Positions 35,680-50,040 of a stretch of 64,000 nt of DNA are shown piece after piece. The DNA comes from Lophium mytilinum. Its lineage: Eukaryota. A program made the position numbers and the translations under genes. The stretch covers positions 1,798,001 through 1,862,000 of the forward strand of contig MU004183.1 in NCBI GenBank assembly GCA_010093605.1. Reading direction: 5' to 3'. Under the pieces are notes generated by a model. It saw only the letters and a program-made list of their open reading frames with translations, did no database searches and was not told the DNA's origin. Every line of letters begins with the position of its first letter. The first letter of the stretch is position 1.

Positions 35680-37247
35680 ATGGGCCTCTTCACTCGCCGT
35701 CAGCGTCCAATCGACGCGGATACTACGACTGCGACAGGCGCGACGCCAGCTACGCGCGAAAACACCGGTCGCCGGGGAATCATGGGTCGCCATGAGAAAC
35801 ACCCGCACTCCAGCGGCGCGGCATCGTGGAACACGCGCCCCACATTTGGTCAGTGGTTCAAGGCGACATGGCTGGACATCTTGACGATGATCATCATGGG
35901 CGCGATTGGCTTGGGCGTTTACGAGGCGGATCCAGCACCTTCGAGGAGCTTTCCGGTGGACTTTTTCGATGGCGAAATTGTGTAAGTCCAGACACCAGCA
36001 TCACCACGCAGAGGGTTTACCAAATCAAGATCGGGCTTGATAGTGTCGCAAATGAACAATGGCTGATCTTGAGCAGGTATCCTGAATTCTCGTATCCTCT
36101 ACGCAATGAGATCGTTCCTATCTGGGCAGCAGCCCTTATGGCTGCTCTAATCCCAATCGCAGTCTTTCTGATCATGCAAATCCGGGTCAGAAGCTTTTGG
36201 GACGTCAACAATGCCGTAAGCCACACAAGATTCCCTATGTTTCTTTGGAAAGCGTCCGAGAATTCTAAATCTGACACACTTCAAACATTCAGACCATCGG
36301 CCTCCTCTATTCCCTCATTACAGCGGCTGTATTCCAGGTGTTCCTCAAATGGCTCATCGGCGGCCTGCGACCACACTTCCTCTCCGTCTGCAAGCCTGCC
36401 GTCCCCGTCGAAGGCGCCCAGGTTGGTAATGGCTTCCGTCAAATCATGTACGACCGAAAGATCTGCACTGGCGACGAAAACCAGATCAACGACTCCTTAG
36501 AGAGCTTCCCGTCCGGTCATACCACGGCTGCATTTGCCGGATTCGTGTTCCTCTATCTCTACCTCAACGCTAAGTTGAAGGTCTTCTCGAATTACCACCC
36601 GGCTATGTGGAAGCTCATTGCTATCTATGCTCCTATTCTCGGCGCTGTGCTAATTGGGGGTGCATTGACGATCGATGAGTGAGTGTGCCCACGTCTTCGA
36701 ACCCCGTACATACCAGCGCACTTTTAACACAGCTGTAGATTCCACAACTGGTACGACATTATTGCAGGCGCCATCATCGGTACCCTGATGGCCTTCAGCG
36801 GCTACAGAATGACCTATGCAAGCATTTGGTAAGCTCCATTTCCCCAGGCCTATTGAGAAGCTAGCCTAACTAACACAACCTAGGGACTTCCGCTTCAACC
36901 ACATTCCCCTCATGCGCCACGCCCCCTTCGTCTACGGGGCCGGTCCCTCCACTTTCGATGGCTTTCATGACGCGGTCTGGACTCGCAAGGCTGGATGGGG
37001 CCTGCACGAAGGTGGGGCTTGGGGCGGTGCACCCGGTGACGCGCACGACGGACCTCGTGGGACTATGCCGGGCGCTGCTGCTACTGGCAATGGCACTGGC
37101 AGCCACCATCGCCACGGTTCTAATGGTGCTGGAACTGGTGCGGGAACTGGTGGTGCTCTTGGAAATGGGAGTCATGCTGGACGTCATTCGATTGATCGGA
37201 GGCCAGTGCCGCCGGCGAAGCATGGGCGCGGAGAGAATATCGTCTGA
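35680..37247 (+). CDS. PAP2-family lipid phosphate phosphatase (Dpp1/Lpp1-like), 5 exons
   Basis: K..IGGLRPHF (C1), SFPSGH (C2), TIDE|FHNWYDIIAG (C3 variant). Confidence 0.9.
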
Positions 37248-38951
37248 TTCACTCTCTAATGAAGCGTGGGTATTCTATGGAACTGGAAGGGTGTCAAAGA
37301 GTTGAGCATCAAAAGACATGATTTTATGCAGGAGTCACATCGGTCCAGATTGACTAGCATGGCGTTCCTGGAACTGGAAATGGAACTATGAGCGAGAAAG
37401 CTATTTTGCTATGAACAGCAGAACTAATAACTCTTATTTGGTTCAACTAATTCAACTAATGGCTCCTTGGCCTTTGTCAACCTTCTTACTTCGATTCTCC
37501 ATGACCTATTTTCGTTCCGCCTCAGATACGGTCAGGATAGACTCGGCACGTGACCATGAGCGGTTTAGGAAAGGCGCGAATAGGTGACTCAAGTGCGCAC
37601 TGGCGACGCCCCCCTGAGGGTACGATCATCTCAGCACCGGCGACATCATGATTGAGAGCAGAAACAGCAATACGAAGGCGGTATGGTTCAAAACCTTATC
37701 TGCGATTGTATGTATGTGATTGTCTCACAGACTCTTAGCGCGGTATGATTGCTAGCTCTCTATTGAGCATCTCCCAGGCTCCTTAAGCCTCCCAAGTCAT
37801 CAACCGTAGACGTTTAAACGCTACAGTCACTGCAATCGCTTATATCGCTATCGCTCAAAAGCTCCACGGCGTCGCTTCCAGAGCTCGTGTATCCGATGTA
37901 TCTTTTCTGCGCTGCCTGTCTCAGCCGAGGGTCGTATGTCAAGATCGAACTGATCGCGCCCGACAGCCGATTCTGGTCCATGTTCTGAAGGTAACCTGCA
38001 TCAGTCATTAGATTCAGCAGGCACCAATATTGATATCAGCGGCTCCGAGTTACTTACGGATGGATGTACAAGATCTACCGAAACTACCTTTCAATTTGGT
38101 CCATAGTCGACGGATGAGATGTCCGCCAGATGCGATTGCACTGACGATGGCTGCAACGCACGCGACAAGGGATATCGGATCAAACATTTCAGTCGATCAC
38201 CGAGAGTTCAGTAGAAGTTTTCCAAGAGTTTGGTGGACCTCGAGGGGTGTTCGCGCATGATACAGTAGACTCCTGTCCTAGTAGGGTCCGATCTTGCACC
38301 GGTTACTAGAACGCTCTCTACGCCAGTTTCTGCACGAACGAAACGCATGTTACACGTCAAGACGTGGCTCGTTTCGATTGAGCGAACTGTACTGGATCAG
38401 GCTTCAGCTTTGCACTGTTTGCCTTCTTTCACGCTGCCGGATGTAGAAGGCAATCTTAGAGGCACAGCCTTCTTTTTGCCTTACTTCCATCTACTCCCAA
38501 TCCATAACACACCTTCTCTTATCATTCTGTTCCAATTGGGTGCCCCATTTTTCACCCTTCAGCATGCCTGCCGTTGCGTCGAGAGTTCCAGTTCCTGTCT
38601 TTGTTCACTAACGCCCTGTTAAGCAACCCAAAGGAGAGATCAATTATTCGACCTGCATTGCATTAGCGGGCCTACCTGCAGCCCAGGTCAACATATCCTC
38701 AGCCATGTAAGACTTCCGCCTGGCTTGCATGAAGCCGGGAGTGCTTGCGTGGCATCAATCTAATGGGCTGCTCCTGTGTCGCATCTGCCTCATGCGCCTA
38801 CGCAGTCTGAGAGATCCCGCATGAGATGACGAAAAAAGAACCTCAATCTCTACGCATCTTTCACATCATCCCGCCTTTAGTTATTTGGACCTACGAAAGC
38901 GGCCGACTGCCACTCCATCGTCGACAACTACCTCGAGGCTCGAACTCAATC

Positions 38952-39330
38952 ATGGGTTTCCGGAGCTGGGTTCATCGCATATACGTCAGGAGCCGCGAGA
39001 AACTCGGCATACCAAGATACCGGAACGGGCGATACGATCATTTTGAATGCACCGTTGTCTTTTATGATGGATCGACGATGGGCTGGAGAGGTACGCCTTG
39101 GGGATCAGGCTGGGAACGTTTCAAGAGGATCATGGACTCGAAGCAGGTATGTACATACTCAATGATTATGTTATGGACGTTTTGGTCTATCTGGGAAGTT
39201 CTGGCCTGAAATGCAGATGCTATCATGTCAAGGTGGGGTGGATTTCAACTACTCTTGGTCATCTGGGGCCTCGTTTAGTCGCTTCGGGACGCGTCGTGTG
39301 GCAAGCTATTGGAGAGTCTCACTTTACTGA
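38952..39330 (+). CDS. Small hypothetical protein (possible intron 39147-39217)
   Basis: ATG-led open frame followed by a GTATGT donor and CTGAA..CAG acceptor; the second-exon frame is uncertain and no family was recognised. Confidence 0.25.
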
Positions 39331-40910
39331 CCACTGCCAGGTTGAGTCGATCTATGTTAACTTCGATGGTGATTTTTGGCGGTAACGGGTGTTGGGCCGG
39401 GGGTGAAGTCGGAGGCGAGTCTTCTTCCTTTGGCTTCCGCGTTGACAGGACTGATGTTACTTCAGAGTGGTGTTGGAACTTAGGTCTTTCGGTCCGCGTC
39501 TTCAAAGTATCAGGGTTCTTGATCAAGGTCTAACAGCCTGTGAATTATAACGGATGACTTAGCGATTCACATCAATCGATATCAGGTTCACTGTTTCCCG
39601 TAAAGCAGGCATTCATACGTGTCGAGTTATGATATGTTCCATGATCCATATGTATTACGAATCTACCTATGGACATGTCCGGTGGCAGATTGGATCTTAT
39701 TCATCCATTGTACCCCCTCGCAAGAGCCGCCTCCAACTAAACTTTGAATCCTCCCAGTCCGTGCAAGGTGTCTGGCGTCAAACCGTTAATCAAATTGTCA
39801 ACAAGAACACTAGGATCGGTCAGCCTGATGCGTTCACAAGCAAGTAGTCTGAAGTATTTACCATATTGAAAAACCTTCCGTTCAGTACTCGTTCTTAATC
39901 ATCTTCTTTGCCAACTTGAAAGCGTTCGATGTAGCTTTGCTGCCATCTGGGCCCGAATACCAGAACTATTAAACCCGATGAGTGAATAGAAGATCTGTTT
40001 GATTAGGAGGATGATCTATCTACCTCCGTGTTTCCTTTTTTAACACCGATTTGGACGGGGTGCTCGATGTTCATGACTTGCATTTGCCTGTCATTGCCGT
40101 TGCCGTAACGCTGCATTGCCCAGTCTGATTGAGGCATGCTTGGAGAGGTGGATAAATATGTCTCGAATGTTGGGGCAATGGTAATGGTGTTCTTGGAATT
40201 GGCCGCACTGAGAGGCTTTCGGTCTTGGTTCAGGGGAATGGGCTATTGCGAGTGGTGTTATAGTACAGTCCAGGACGTTGAGCTGGCTTGTTCCCGGGCT
40301 TGAGCACCTTTTCAACAAGTACGTTCGCTCTGGGATGCGGGTGAGTTGGTGTTTGGGCTGACTAGCGGTGTATACAGAATGGCGAATTGCAAGACTTCTC
40401 TCGATTGTCTCGAAGCGCGCGGTGTTCATGCGAGTCTGACATGCATTATGTACGATGAAGAGGACACGGAGAGGAGTGGTACGGCTCGCGCGGTCTCGCC
40501 CTTCACACCCTCTTGTGACACTATCGGAATGACCACTGGTAACAGGACAACGCCCGGTCTTATCGTATCCGCAATCCGGATTGACCACGACGCACATGCA
40601 TACTCTTGATCACAGTCTCAGCCTTGCATACAAGCTGAGACGTGTGGGGGATACCGCACCCGACTGGCCATTTCCCACCACCGGGCGTAAATCCACCTGC
40701 TCATCGATTGTCTTCTCGCCCACCTCATCCCAAACCAACCATGCACAGCAGCAGCCTACGTGGTCCCCTACCAGAGGTTCTCCCAACTCCCCGAACTCTT
40801 TTAAGCACTCGACCAGGCTGAGTAGCAGCAGTCAACCCACTTCCCCGAATCCTCCCCATCCCAAACCCTCACCGCTTCAACCCCTTTTCCAACACCATCC
40901 CACACCCACA

Positions 40911-41651
40911 ATGGCCGACGACACCCCAAGGAATCTCTTCACAAGCGTCTTCCACTCCCACTCCCCTTCCTCGTCGTCCTCCTCCGCCCCACCCTCCTCC
41001 ACCCACTTCCCCGACGGCACCCCCCGCACAGTCTACCGCAGCAAGAACAACACCACCGGCGCCGAATTCTCCTGCACCGCGCCCGCGGGCTCCAAACACG
41101 CACAGGCAATGCGCGAGCTATGCGCCAGCGTGCAGAGCGTCGGCCTCCCGCAGCCAGCGCAGCCCGCGGCGCGATATCAGCGACAGCTGCCCGCCACCGA
41201 TTCCGCGCCGGGGATGCTCACGGACGCTCGCGAGCGCGTCCAGACGCAAGGAGTCGACGAGGGGAGGGGAGATGGAGGTGGAGTCGGAGTTATCCGTACT
41301 GTGTCGAAAGCGACGGCAGGAACGAGGCGGAATCCGCGGCCGCCGAAGCTGCAGTATCGCAATGGGAATGGGGGTAAGGTGGAGGGCGGGCCGGTGTTTA
41401 GACGCGTGGAAGATGAGAGGAGCGTGACGTTTGTGAGTAGGTCGGCGCAGGGGGAGGTGTTTGTGGCGGCGCCGAAGGGAAGCCGGGAGGCGGAGGCGCA
41501 TGAGAGGATGGCGAGGGGGATGGTGAGTTTGTGTGGAACTGTTGCTAGAGAGATTGAGGCTAATGAGGGACAGAGCGGTGAACGACGGGAGGGGCCGGTT
41601 AAGGATGTGAGTAATGGGCCACGGTGGGCTATTAGGTGGCCGGGTTCGTGA
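40911..41651 (+). CDS. Hypothetical protein with a duplicated F..AP.GS...M..LC..V motif
   Basis: Good start context (ACAATGG), 246 codons, same C-rich to G-rich codon gradient as neighbouring genes. Confidence 0.65.
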   Translation: MADDTPRNLFTSVFHSHSPSSSSSSAPPSSTHFPDGTPRTVYRSKNNTTGAEFSCTAPAGSKHAQAMRELCASVQSVGLPQPAQPAARYQRQLPATDSAPGMLTDARERVQTQGVDEGRGDGGGVGVIRTVSKATAGTRRNPRPPKLQYRNGNGGKVEGGPVFRRVEDERSVTFVSRSAQGEVFVAAPKGSREAEAHERMARGMVSLCGTVAREIEANEGQSGERREGPVKDVSNGPRWAIRWPGS

Positions 41652-41870
41652 TAAGAATGAGATTAAAATGAAAGATATGCGTAGCTGGCAAAAGGGGGTT
41701 GAGGGGCCGGACCTTCATATCTGGAACGTTTTATTCGTTTAATCCAAATATAATAGCCTGATACCTCGTGCATTTCAACCTACATCTTGAAACCTGGAAT
41801 ATCCGAGACCGCTAATCCTTACAGAGCACTAAAGAAGCAACGCGTGAAATTCCATATCCACATAGCCCTA

Positions 41871-43706
41871 TCATGCTGGTGCTGGCTTCCACGCCGCCAG
41901 GAACCCTTCAGCGCTTTCAAGTTCTTGCTCGATACGAGCCAAGTGCTCCTTGCTCCTCGGTACCACCTTTACCGTAAACGGCAGCGGACATAATAAAATA
42001 GCTGACGTGTACGCATTCTCATCGAGATGCTGAACCTGGCCCGTGACCGGGTTATCCACCTCGGAAATATCAAATGCCCATAGCAGTTTCGACGCAATGC
42101 GCCACATGTTGCGCTCTGCAAGATGCATCCCAGGACACTGTCTCCGGCCTGCGCCATAGCCGTAATGGTCCCGGTTGTTATAATCTGGCGAAACTGCGTA
42201 TTCGTTGGCAAGCTTGGGGTGGTCGAGATACCGATCTGGGTCGAATTTTTCGGGGTTAGGGAACCTGCTGGCGTCCTGGTTCATCGCCCATATGCCGCAG
42301 AAGACCATGCTGCCTTTGGGGATAAACATGCCCTCGTATTCGTCGTCTGGTTTCATGGTTTAGCTTGGTATTTACTACAGGAAACACGGACTGGACTTAC
42401 CCTGAGTACACATGTGTGGAAGACCGGTTGGCGCGCTGTTTTTCGTCAGACTTGAGTAAGATATCCAAAATGTAGGGAAAGTTTACGTAGGGCGCCATCT
42501 CATCCCCTCCTTGATAATGCAGTTGATATAAGGAATTTTGTCGAAGTCGGAGAACAACGGAGCTCGTTCAGTCCCACAAACAGCGTCGATTTCCGCTCTT
42601 GCCCGTTTCTGAATTTCGGGATACTTTGCGAACGCTAAAATAAGCGTTAAGATCTGATTTGCCGTTGTGTCTGCGCCAGCCTCCAGTAGTTCGCCGAAGA
42701 GATTATTGAAAGCGTGCTGCGACATCGGAAAGCCTTTCTCGGTATATTCCTCGATCTTTGAGTCAATGAAGCAATCCCTCTTATCTCCTAGAGCTCTGCG
42801 TTCATCTACAATACGGCGGGCCTTGTCCCACATATCGTCCATCTTTGTGCGACACTCATCTGCCTTTTTCTTCCATTGGCCTGGTAGGTACTTCAAAAAT
42901 GGAAACTCGTCGATAGGGGGATTCGCTCCCGGCTCCTGGATTGAAAGCCACATTTCCATTAATTCAAAGAAGTCCTTGAACCAGAACGAGTCTAGGCTCG
43001 CGACTCGCTGACCATAGATCAGAGTGCTTGCGACCGAAACGGTGTAGAGTCTAGCATAATCAAAAATCCTTGCTGGATCTCTAAGGAGATTGTTCATGAA
43101 TATGACAGCCCTTAGTCTGATGTCAGTTGCCTTGTTGGGGAAAAAGGAGATCTGAAAGAGATAAAATTGGTCCTTACTCGGCCTCTTGGATCTTCCAATG
43201 CTTCTCATCCAACATCTTTGGATTCAGGTTGCGAGTAGTCACCATGCGCTTCTCTCTCCAAGACGCACCTTGTTTCTCCAAGGTCAGGTGATCTCCATGG
43301 GTTATGTAGTTGGTAACATAGTTGAAGGGCCTATCGGAGTAGATGCTCCCTTTCTTATCCAACAAATAGTTGACGGCCTTTCGGTCGGCGAGGACGACGA
43401 TGTTTGTCGGTCCGATGGTCAGGGAAAAGATCGGGCCGTACATGTCCGCCCAGACTTTGAACCTGTTCGACTGTCAGACATATGTGTGTGAGGAAGCCCA
43501 AGAGCAAGGAAGAGGTAGCGCAACGGTGTGGGCAGTTTCGGGTCTTACATTTTCCCCAACCCGGTCTTTGGGATTTGAAGTGCATTGCCAAGTAATGGTA
43601 CTGTCGGTGGCCCTGGTGGCATACGAGGATGACGCCTCCCAATCCTATAGAGCCTGTACGCTGGATACGCTAATAGCAACAAAGCAATATAGATAGGAAA
43701 AGACAT
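41871..43706 (-). CDS. Cytochrome P450 monooxygenase (resembles phenolic hydroxylase-type fungal P450s), multi-exon
   Basis: TM anchor, PPGPPTVPLLGN, AGADTT I-helix, KEGMRW (ExxR), PEKFDPDRY, YGYGAGRRQCPG heme motif. Confidence 0.93.
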
Positions 43707-45171
43707 GTTGAAGTTTGCTGCTGGCCCTGTGGTGCTAGCTGGCCACGCCGGTATATTTTGGACCCGCTTCCTATATGCATACGTGTGAATGGCGTCACGT
43801 GCCAGATCTCGCTACAACATCGGAGAGATTCCGCCCGGGGTATGTGGGGAAAGTCCGGGGTAATGACCTCCTTCACTCTGAGAGCCAGGCGCTCCAAGCT
43901 AATCATAGATCTACAAGAACCTTAACTCTTGACCATGCCAAAAGAGAATGAAACGTGCAAAAGGCGTAGCCGGTAATTGCGATATTGGGTCGAGCTGAAC
44001 AATTGAGTCTAAACGATTGGCCGCATGAGGTGAGCACATAGGTGAAGCTGTCGACGAGCGGGAAGATGCCGACTCAGCTTGCTTGACTCGTCAGTCCCGT
44101 TGCAATGCTCCGGCAATGCCATGCAAGCCCGCCCCACCTAGCGTTCTAGTGGGGCACGTGGGGGTTTCGACTAGCGCTATTATCGATTCAAACATTCGAA
44201 AGAAACATGGAGGAAGAGATGGATGTTTAAATAAGTTTCGAGTAAATAAGACGACTTGGTGGGAAAGGAATGCAAAATCAGATCTTTGGCGATTAATAGC
44301 AAAGCGTGTTGGTATGTTTGCAATGTGTCAGGAATACAGCGTGCTAATAGAATCTTTCAGAGCAACATGCCTCCTTGACTTGGAGAGAGAGACAAGGCTG
44401 TGAGTGTTGGTGCGTTGAGACTGAAAGTTGCACCTGCGTCCAGATAATTGCTTTCTCGGACCAATATTTGAGTATCCCTTGACCCGGTGATCGAGGTCCT
44501 ACATTATTCGCTCTGATTATTGCCTTCGTAATGAGAGAGCTATAGTGGCCTAAGGCTGTTCGTGTTCCTTATAGACAGCTATATTGGCCTCGTTTCTGGG
44601 AATAAGCTTTGCCATTCTGTTGCATCAACTTAAGCCCAGGGAGCCAGTGAATTCGACTTGCTTACATATTCTGTAGATATACAGTGCATACCTCAACACG
44701 ATGTTGCTGCACAGGTTGAAGATTCGCCCCGAATGTTTGCACCTCAGCGGGTTAAGGGATAGAAGTCTCAAAGTGCTCTATAAAAGGGTAGGACCTGAAT
44801 ATCTTTCTCTAGATTAGACTAGCGGGCCCCGCCCCCTCAATGGCTTCCTGGCTGAAAGCGCCACCCAGGAGCGCGGAAATGGGCCGGGGCGGGGAAGCGG
44901 GGTTGCAGGAGAGTCAGCTCACCAGAAAAATGTGGATCAATCAGTCGGATCAGAGCTCAAAATTCTAGCGAAAAAGCCCCGAATTGCCGGGTGCCTATGG
45001 ATAAGGAATCAGAAGTTCAATGAATTGTAGCGGCGGTGAAATTCTTGTAAGGCTGATCCACCATCGCTGCGCTTTTAGAGGACGATACATACCTTGAGTA
45101 TTGCATTTTTTACAACCGCATTTAGTCTCTCTTATCTCCTATTCCAATTTCAATCCACTCAATTTACAGCG

Positions 45172-46150
45172 ATGTCTCCAATCATGCAAGGCAAAGTTTT
45201 TACTGTGACAGGAGCCGCATCCGGCATTGGTCGAGCTACTGCCGTTCTGTTAGCAGAGCAGGGCGCGGCTGCCATCGCAATCTGCGATGTTAACGAAGCA
45301 GGCTTAAAGGAGACTGAAGAAAGCTGTACGTTTCTATGCCAACATCTTCGGTATAGAGAAGATGCTAATTGCACGAAGGCCGCAAATTCGACACCAAGAT
45401 AACTACCCGCAAAGTCGACGTTAGCAACGCGGATCAAGTATCCGGGTGGGTTTCAGACACAGTGAAAGAGTTTGGAAGGCTTGATGGGGCTGCAAATGTG
45501 GCCGGGCTAGCCGGAGGAGATGGAGAGACTACGGTGCAAACTATTGTGAGAATCGATCCTATGTTGTAAAGCTGAAATCGACGGAAGCTCATCCCGACAC
45601 CTAGGAACAACGCGACTGGGACCGAATGATGGGTGTCAATCTAAATGGTGTGATGTACTGCATGAGGTCGCAGTTAGCACATATCGTGAAGCCTGGGGGA
45701 TCGATCGTGAATGTTGCAAGCGCCGCGGGTATACGTGGATTACCGAACAGCGCAGCTTATTCGGCCAGTAAGCATGGTGTAATCGGATTAACAAGCTCTG
45801 CTTCTGGAGAGTTCGGGAGGAAAGGTGTGCGTATCAACTCGGTCCTACCGTAAGACACATCTGCGAGCGTGAATATGCTTCTCTGCTAACGGAGCTGCTC
45901 AGAGGTCCGATTGATACTGCAATATTCCGCGACGGCGAGAAGAAAGGCTTATTCATTGAAGATGTCCAGGCTGGTGCTACCCAATTAGGGCGCATGGGAC
46001 AGGCAAAAGAGGTCGCCAACGTGATAGTATTTCTCTTGAGTGACAGTGCATCATACGTAACTGGAGGTAAGTGATCCGTCGCATTATGCTGTCGCAGCTA
46101 ACCATCAGTATTTAGCTCGCTGGACTGTAGATGGAGGATACTCGGCGTAG
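45172..46150 (+). CDS. Short-chain dehydrogenase/reductase (classical SDR), 5 exons
   Basis: TGAASGIG, NVAG, IVNVAS, YSASKHG, GVRINSVLP|GPIDT, FLLSDSASYVTG|ARWTVDGGYSA*. Confidence 0.93.
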
Positions 46151-47207
46151 GAGCGTATACTTGAGCGACAAGGATGTTGAAGGAAGGTAAAATACATTAG
46201 CTCCAATGACAGCTTGCACCCCTGTGATCTTCTGCGGTTCTACTGTACATATGTATGTAACTTCTTCTCATCCCTGTTGATCCACCAAAGACGATGCCGA
46301 GTGCTGAATCAATCGTATTTCTGTAAGATGTCGTGTTTAACGCGTCACGCCTCCCCACTATGGTGGTGTGAGAGAGTTGTGTTGGCGACGGAAAATAGTG
46401 GGCGATGTCTAGGCGCTACTAACTAAGCAGCGCTATACCGACTACAGAATCACGTGCGATTTTCCAAATTTCTTCATGTGCTTGAGAGGTGGTCCGACAA
46501 AGGAATTTGATTGAAGGAGTCGGGAATATGCAGGTGGAATACTAGAAAGACGAGGTAATACATAGCCACTGTCAGATCACCCTCTTACCTCAGAGAGCTT
46601 GATGGTAATTTCTGGAAGACTCGGTGCAAAACCTGCTTCCCAACAATTCACACCCTGAAACCCATGAAGTTGTGCATGGCCTGAGCCCTGGCTGAAGATC
46701 TTCCGAGGCGACCCGCAGGCATCAAACGGCGGAAGAAACCACGATGCCGGGAGCTCGCACGAAGCAAAAGCGCATCGTGGCCCGGCCAGCGCTGCACTAG
46801 AAAGGCAGCTAAAAGCACCTGGCCGGCTCCGGTTTGCACCCGACTGCCGAGGCACTGCGAGGATAGCTTGGGTGGCGCTGTAACCCCCCGGCTAAGCGGC
46901 TTCGTGTACCAAGTACGGTTAGAAAAGGGCAGCGCTGTGCATCGGCTAGGCCGTTCCCGTTGCATTTGTGAAGGCGACGTCATGATTTGGGCGTGGCGCC
47001 ACGATAAACCCCTAACTCCATGAGCAGTCCTCTTCCAACGCTTCGCAAACCGCCGAGATTATAAGAGATCCAAGCGCCCTCCGAGAAAATTTCACAGGCC
47101 AATTCTGATCCCAGGTCCTTCTTCTCTTCAGCACGATACACATTCACTCTCCTTCTACTGTTTCCTCTGTCAAACTACTTCTTTAATTTTATTTGTTGTT
47201 TTCTATC

Positions 47208-49330
47208 ATGGAAAAGGGTGACAGCACTGACGTGGAGTCTGGCCGCGGCCCTTCTTCTGTACCGCATTGGAAGCTCGTTATTGACCAAGGTAAATATTGT
47301 ATTCTTACTGCGGTGCTGATCGATCTAACATTGCCAAGGTCTTGTAACACCAGAAGTCCTCAAGTGGGACTACGATGGCGCCGGCACTGAGGACGATCCC
47401 TATGTCGTTGACTGGATCGACAATGATCCTCGGAACCCCATGCTCTTCTCCCAGGTGAAGAAGTGGTCGATCACAATGCTCGTAGCTATTGCTACACTGG
47501 CGGTCGCGTTCGTGTCTTCAGCATATGTGAGTACGGAAAGGAGTATTGACAGTTCACGATCGCTGATGATATTCTAGACCGGCGGTGTTAGACAGATCAT
47601 GGTGGAGTTTGGTGCTGAGCAAGAGGTTATCACCTTGGGTGTTTCGCTATTTGTTTTAGGCTTTGCAATTGGTAGGTAACCCTCAGATGGCACCGCGCGA
47701 TCATAATTGACCTTGCATAGGCCCTCTCCTGTGGGCACCGATGAGCGAGCTTTGGGGCCGTCAAATCCTCTACATCACGACCTACGGCGCACTCACTGCC
47801 TTCAACGCTGGCGCCGCTGGGGCGAATAATATGGCGACCCTTGTCATTCTTCGTTTCCTCGCTGGGACATTTGGATCGTCTCCTCTCACCAACGCCGGAG
47901 GTGTCATTGCCGATATGTTCCCTGCGAAAGAGCGCGGTTTGGCTATGAGTATTTTTTCAGCAGCACCATTCATGGGTCCCACGTTGGGTCCCGTTATTGG
48001 TGGGTTCCTCGGCGAGTCAGAAGGCTGGAGATGGGTCGAAGGCCTCATGGCCATCTTCACTGGAGTTTTGTGGATCTTAGGGGCAATCCTCATCCCCGAG
48101 ACATACCCCCCCGTTCTTCTCCGGAAGCGTGCGAAGGCTCTTTCGAAGGCTACTGGTAAGGTGTACCGTAGCCGCGCGGACGTCGAATCTGGACCCATCT
48201 CGGCTAGTTCAGCATTCAAGACCGCCCTCACTCGGCCATGGATCCTACTCTTCCGCGAACCCATCGTACTTTTGCTGTCCATATACTTGGCCATTATTTA
48301 CGGTACATTGTATATGATGTTCGGCGCCTTCCCAATCGTGTATCAAGAAGAGCGTGGCTGGAGTGAGGGTATTGGTGGTCTGGCTTTCCTCGGAGTCGCA
48401 GTCGGAATGATAATTGCCGTCACCTATACAATCTTCTACGACAACAAGCGTTATGTCAAGGCGGCAGACAGAGCCGGAGGATTTGCTGCGCCAGAGGCAC
48501 GTTTGCCTCCTGGATTGATTGGAGGAATCGTCCTCCCAATTGGACTTTTCTGGTTTGCCTGGACGAACAGCCCGTCAATTCACTGGATAGTCAGCATCAT
48601 GGCTGGAGCACCATTCGGTTTCGGAATGGTCAGTACTTCATTTAAGTCCATTGCTGTCTGATCGATCACTAACATCCTCTAACAGGTTTTGATTTTCCTA
48701 GCCGTCATGAACTACCTTATCGACGCATATACCATCTTCGCCGCCTCCGTTTTGGCGGCCAGCTCGGTCCTTCGGTCTCTCTTTGGTTTTGCATTCCCGC
48801 TTTTCACTACCCAAATGTACGGCAAGCTCGGCATTCATTGGGCCTCCAGCATTCCCGCCTTCCTCGCCCTAGCCTGCACACCTTTCCCTTTTCTGTTCTA
48901 TAAATATGGCAAGGAGATCCGAGCGCGCTGCAAGTTTGCAGCAGAGGCCGATGCCTTTATGAAGAAGATGATTGCCCGGCAAACGGCTGGCGCCGCGGAA
49001 GAGTCGGCGTCCGAAGCGGAAGAAGATTCCCACTCAGAGAAAGAGGATGCGGTCCCTGATCTCGATGGTGCCGCTGGAAAGGAAGACGACGTGCCTCGCT
49101 TCGAGAGCATCCAAACCGGACAACAAGCGCCACTGGATAGGACTCTGTCCCGTGTACAAACAGGTCGGTCGACACGCTCGAACCGGAGTAGGAGGAGCGT
49201 TAATGCCTACTACGACAATCCTTATGAGATTGATCGTGTGAACACCCGCGACAGCTTCACCACGCGACCAAGGACGACTAGCAATCCTAAGAGCTTCCGG
49301 AAAGTAATGAGCAATCAGTCAAAGAAGTAG
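47208..49330 (+). CDS. MFS transporter, DHA1 (Tpo/Flr1-like) family, multi-exon
   Basis: [79 protein letters not shown]. Confidence 0.93.
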
Positions 49331-49768
49331 TTGGTCGCGAATCTTTGCGGGCAGTTGTGATTTTCTCATGTATATATAGATTTCGTGTAAGCGATGATAC
49401 CTGGTAACGACACATAGAGTGTAAAATAGTAGTAATAATAATATAAGACTGTAAATATTAGACCAAATGGTCAAACAACCGTCGCAGGGGCTGATTGTCG
49501 TTTGCATGTGTGCGTGATTGAGGGCCTGGTCCGTGCGCTCATTCTAAATCTAAATCAATCGGCCTGCAAGCACAACCTCCTAATATCTACCTATAGCACA
49601 GTCCACGGATTTCTTTAAACATCTGACACTTCGAACTCCGTAGCGCGTGTATCGAAATGGTGTATTCGCCGTTCGTGTAAGTCGACGTTGCGATTCGAAT
49701 CTCCCATAGAACTGAGGCTAACGAAGAGACGTAGGAAGCGTAGCCGCACGAATAGCAACGTGGAAAAT

Positions 49769-50040
49769 ATGCCGAAGGCCATGGAGATCAGGAGCTTCAG
49801 TCTCACTGAGCCAGCGTCTCGGCTTCGGTTCCTCGATCTTGCTCGGGAGCTTCGTGACGTGGTCTACGCCAATCTCCTAACCAACGGCCCCCTGGTGCCA
49901 TGAGAACTATTCATCTCAGCATCGGTCAACGTCTCAAAAGAATTAAAGAAAGGCGTCTCACCAAAATTCTGCGCCTGAATTGAGAAATCTACGTGGAGGC
50001 CGAGGAGGCTCTTTACTCCCTCGACGTATTCTTTCGCTTT
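49769..50040 (+). pseudogene. Decayed paralogue of the downstream 'FLDLPRELR' protein
   Basis: RFLDLARELRDVVYANLLT..* then, after a frameshift, TKILRLN*EIYVEAEEALYSLDVF; matches RFLDLPRELRDNVYAELLT and TAIMRTSKQIHVEAKKALYDLNTF of 50515-51825. Confidence 0.7.
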
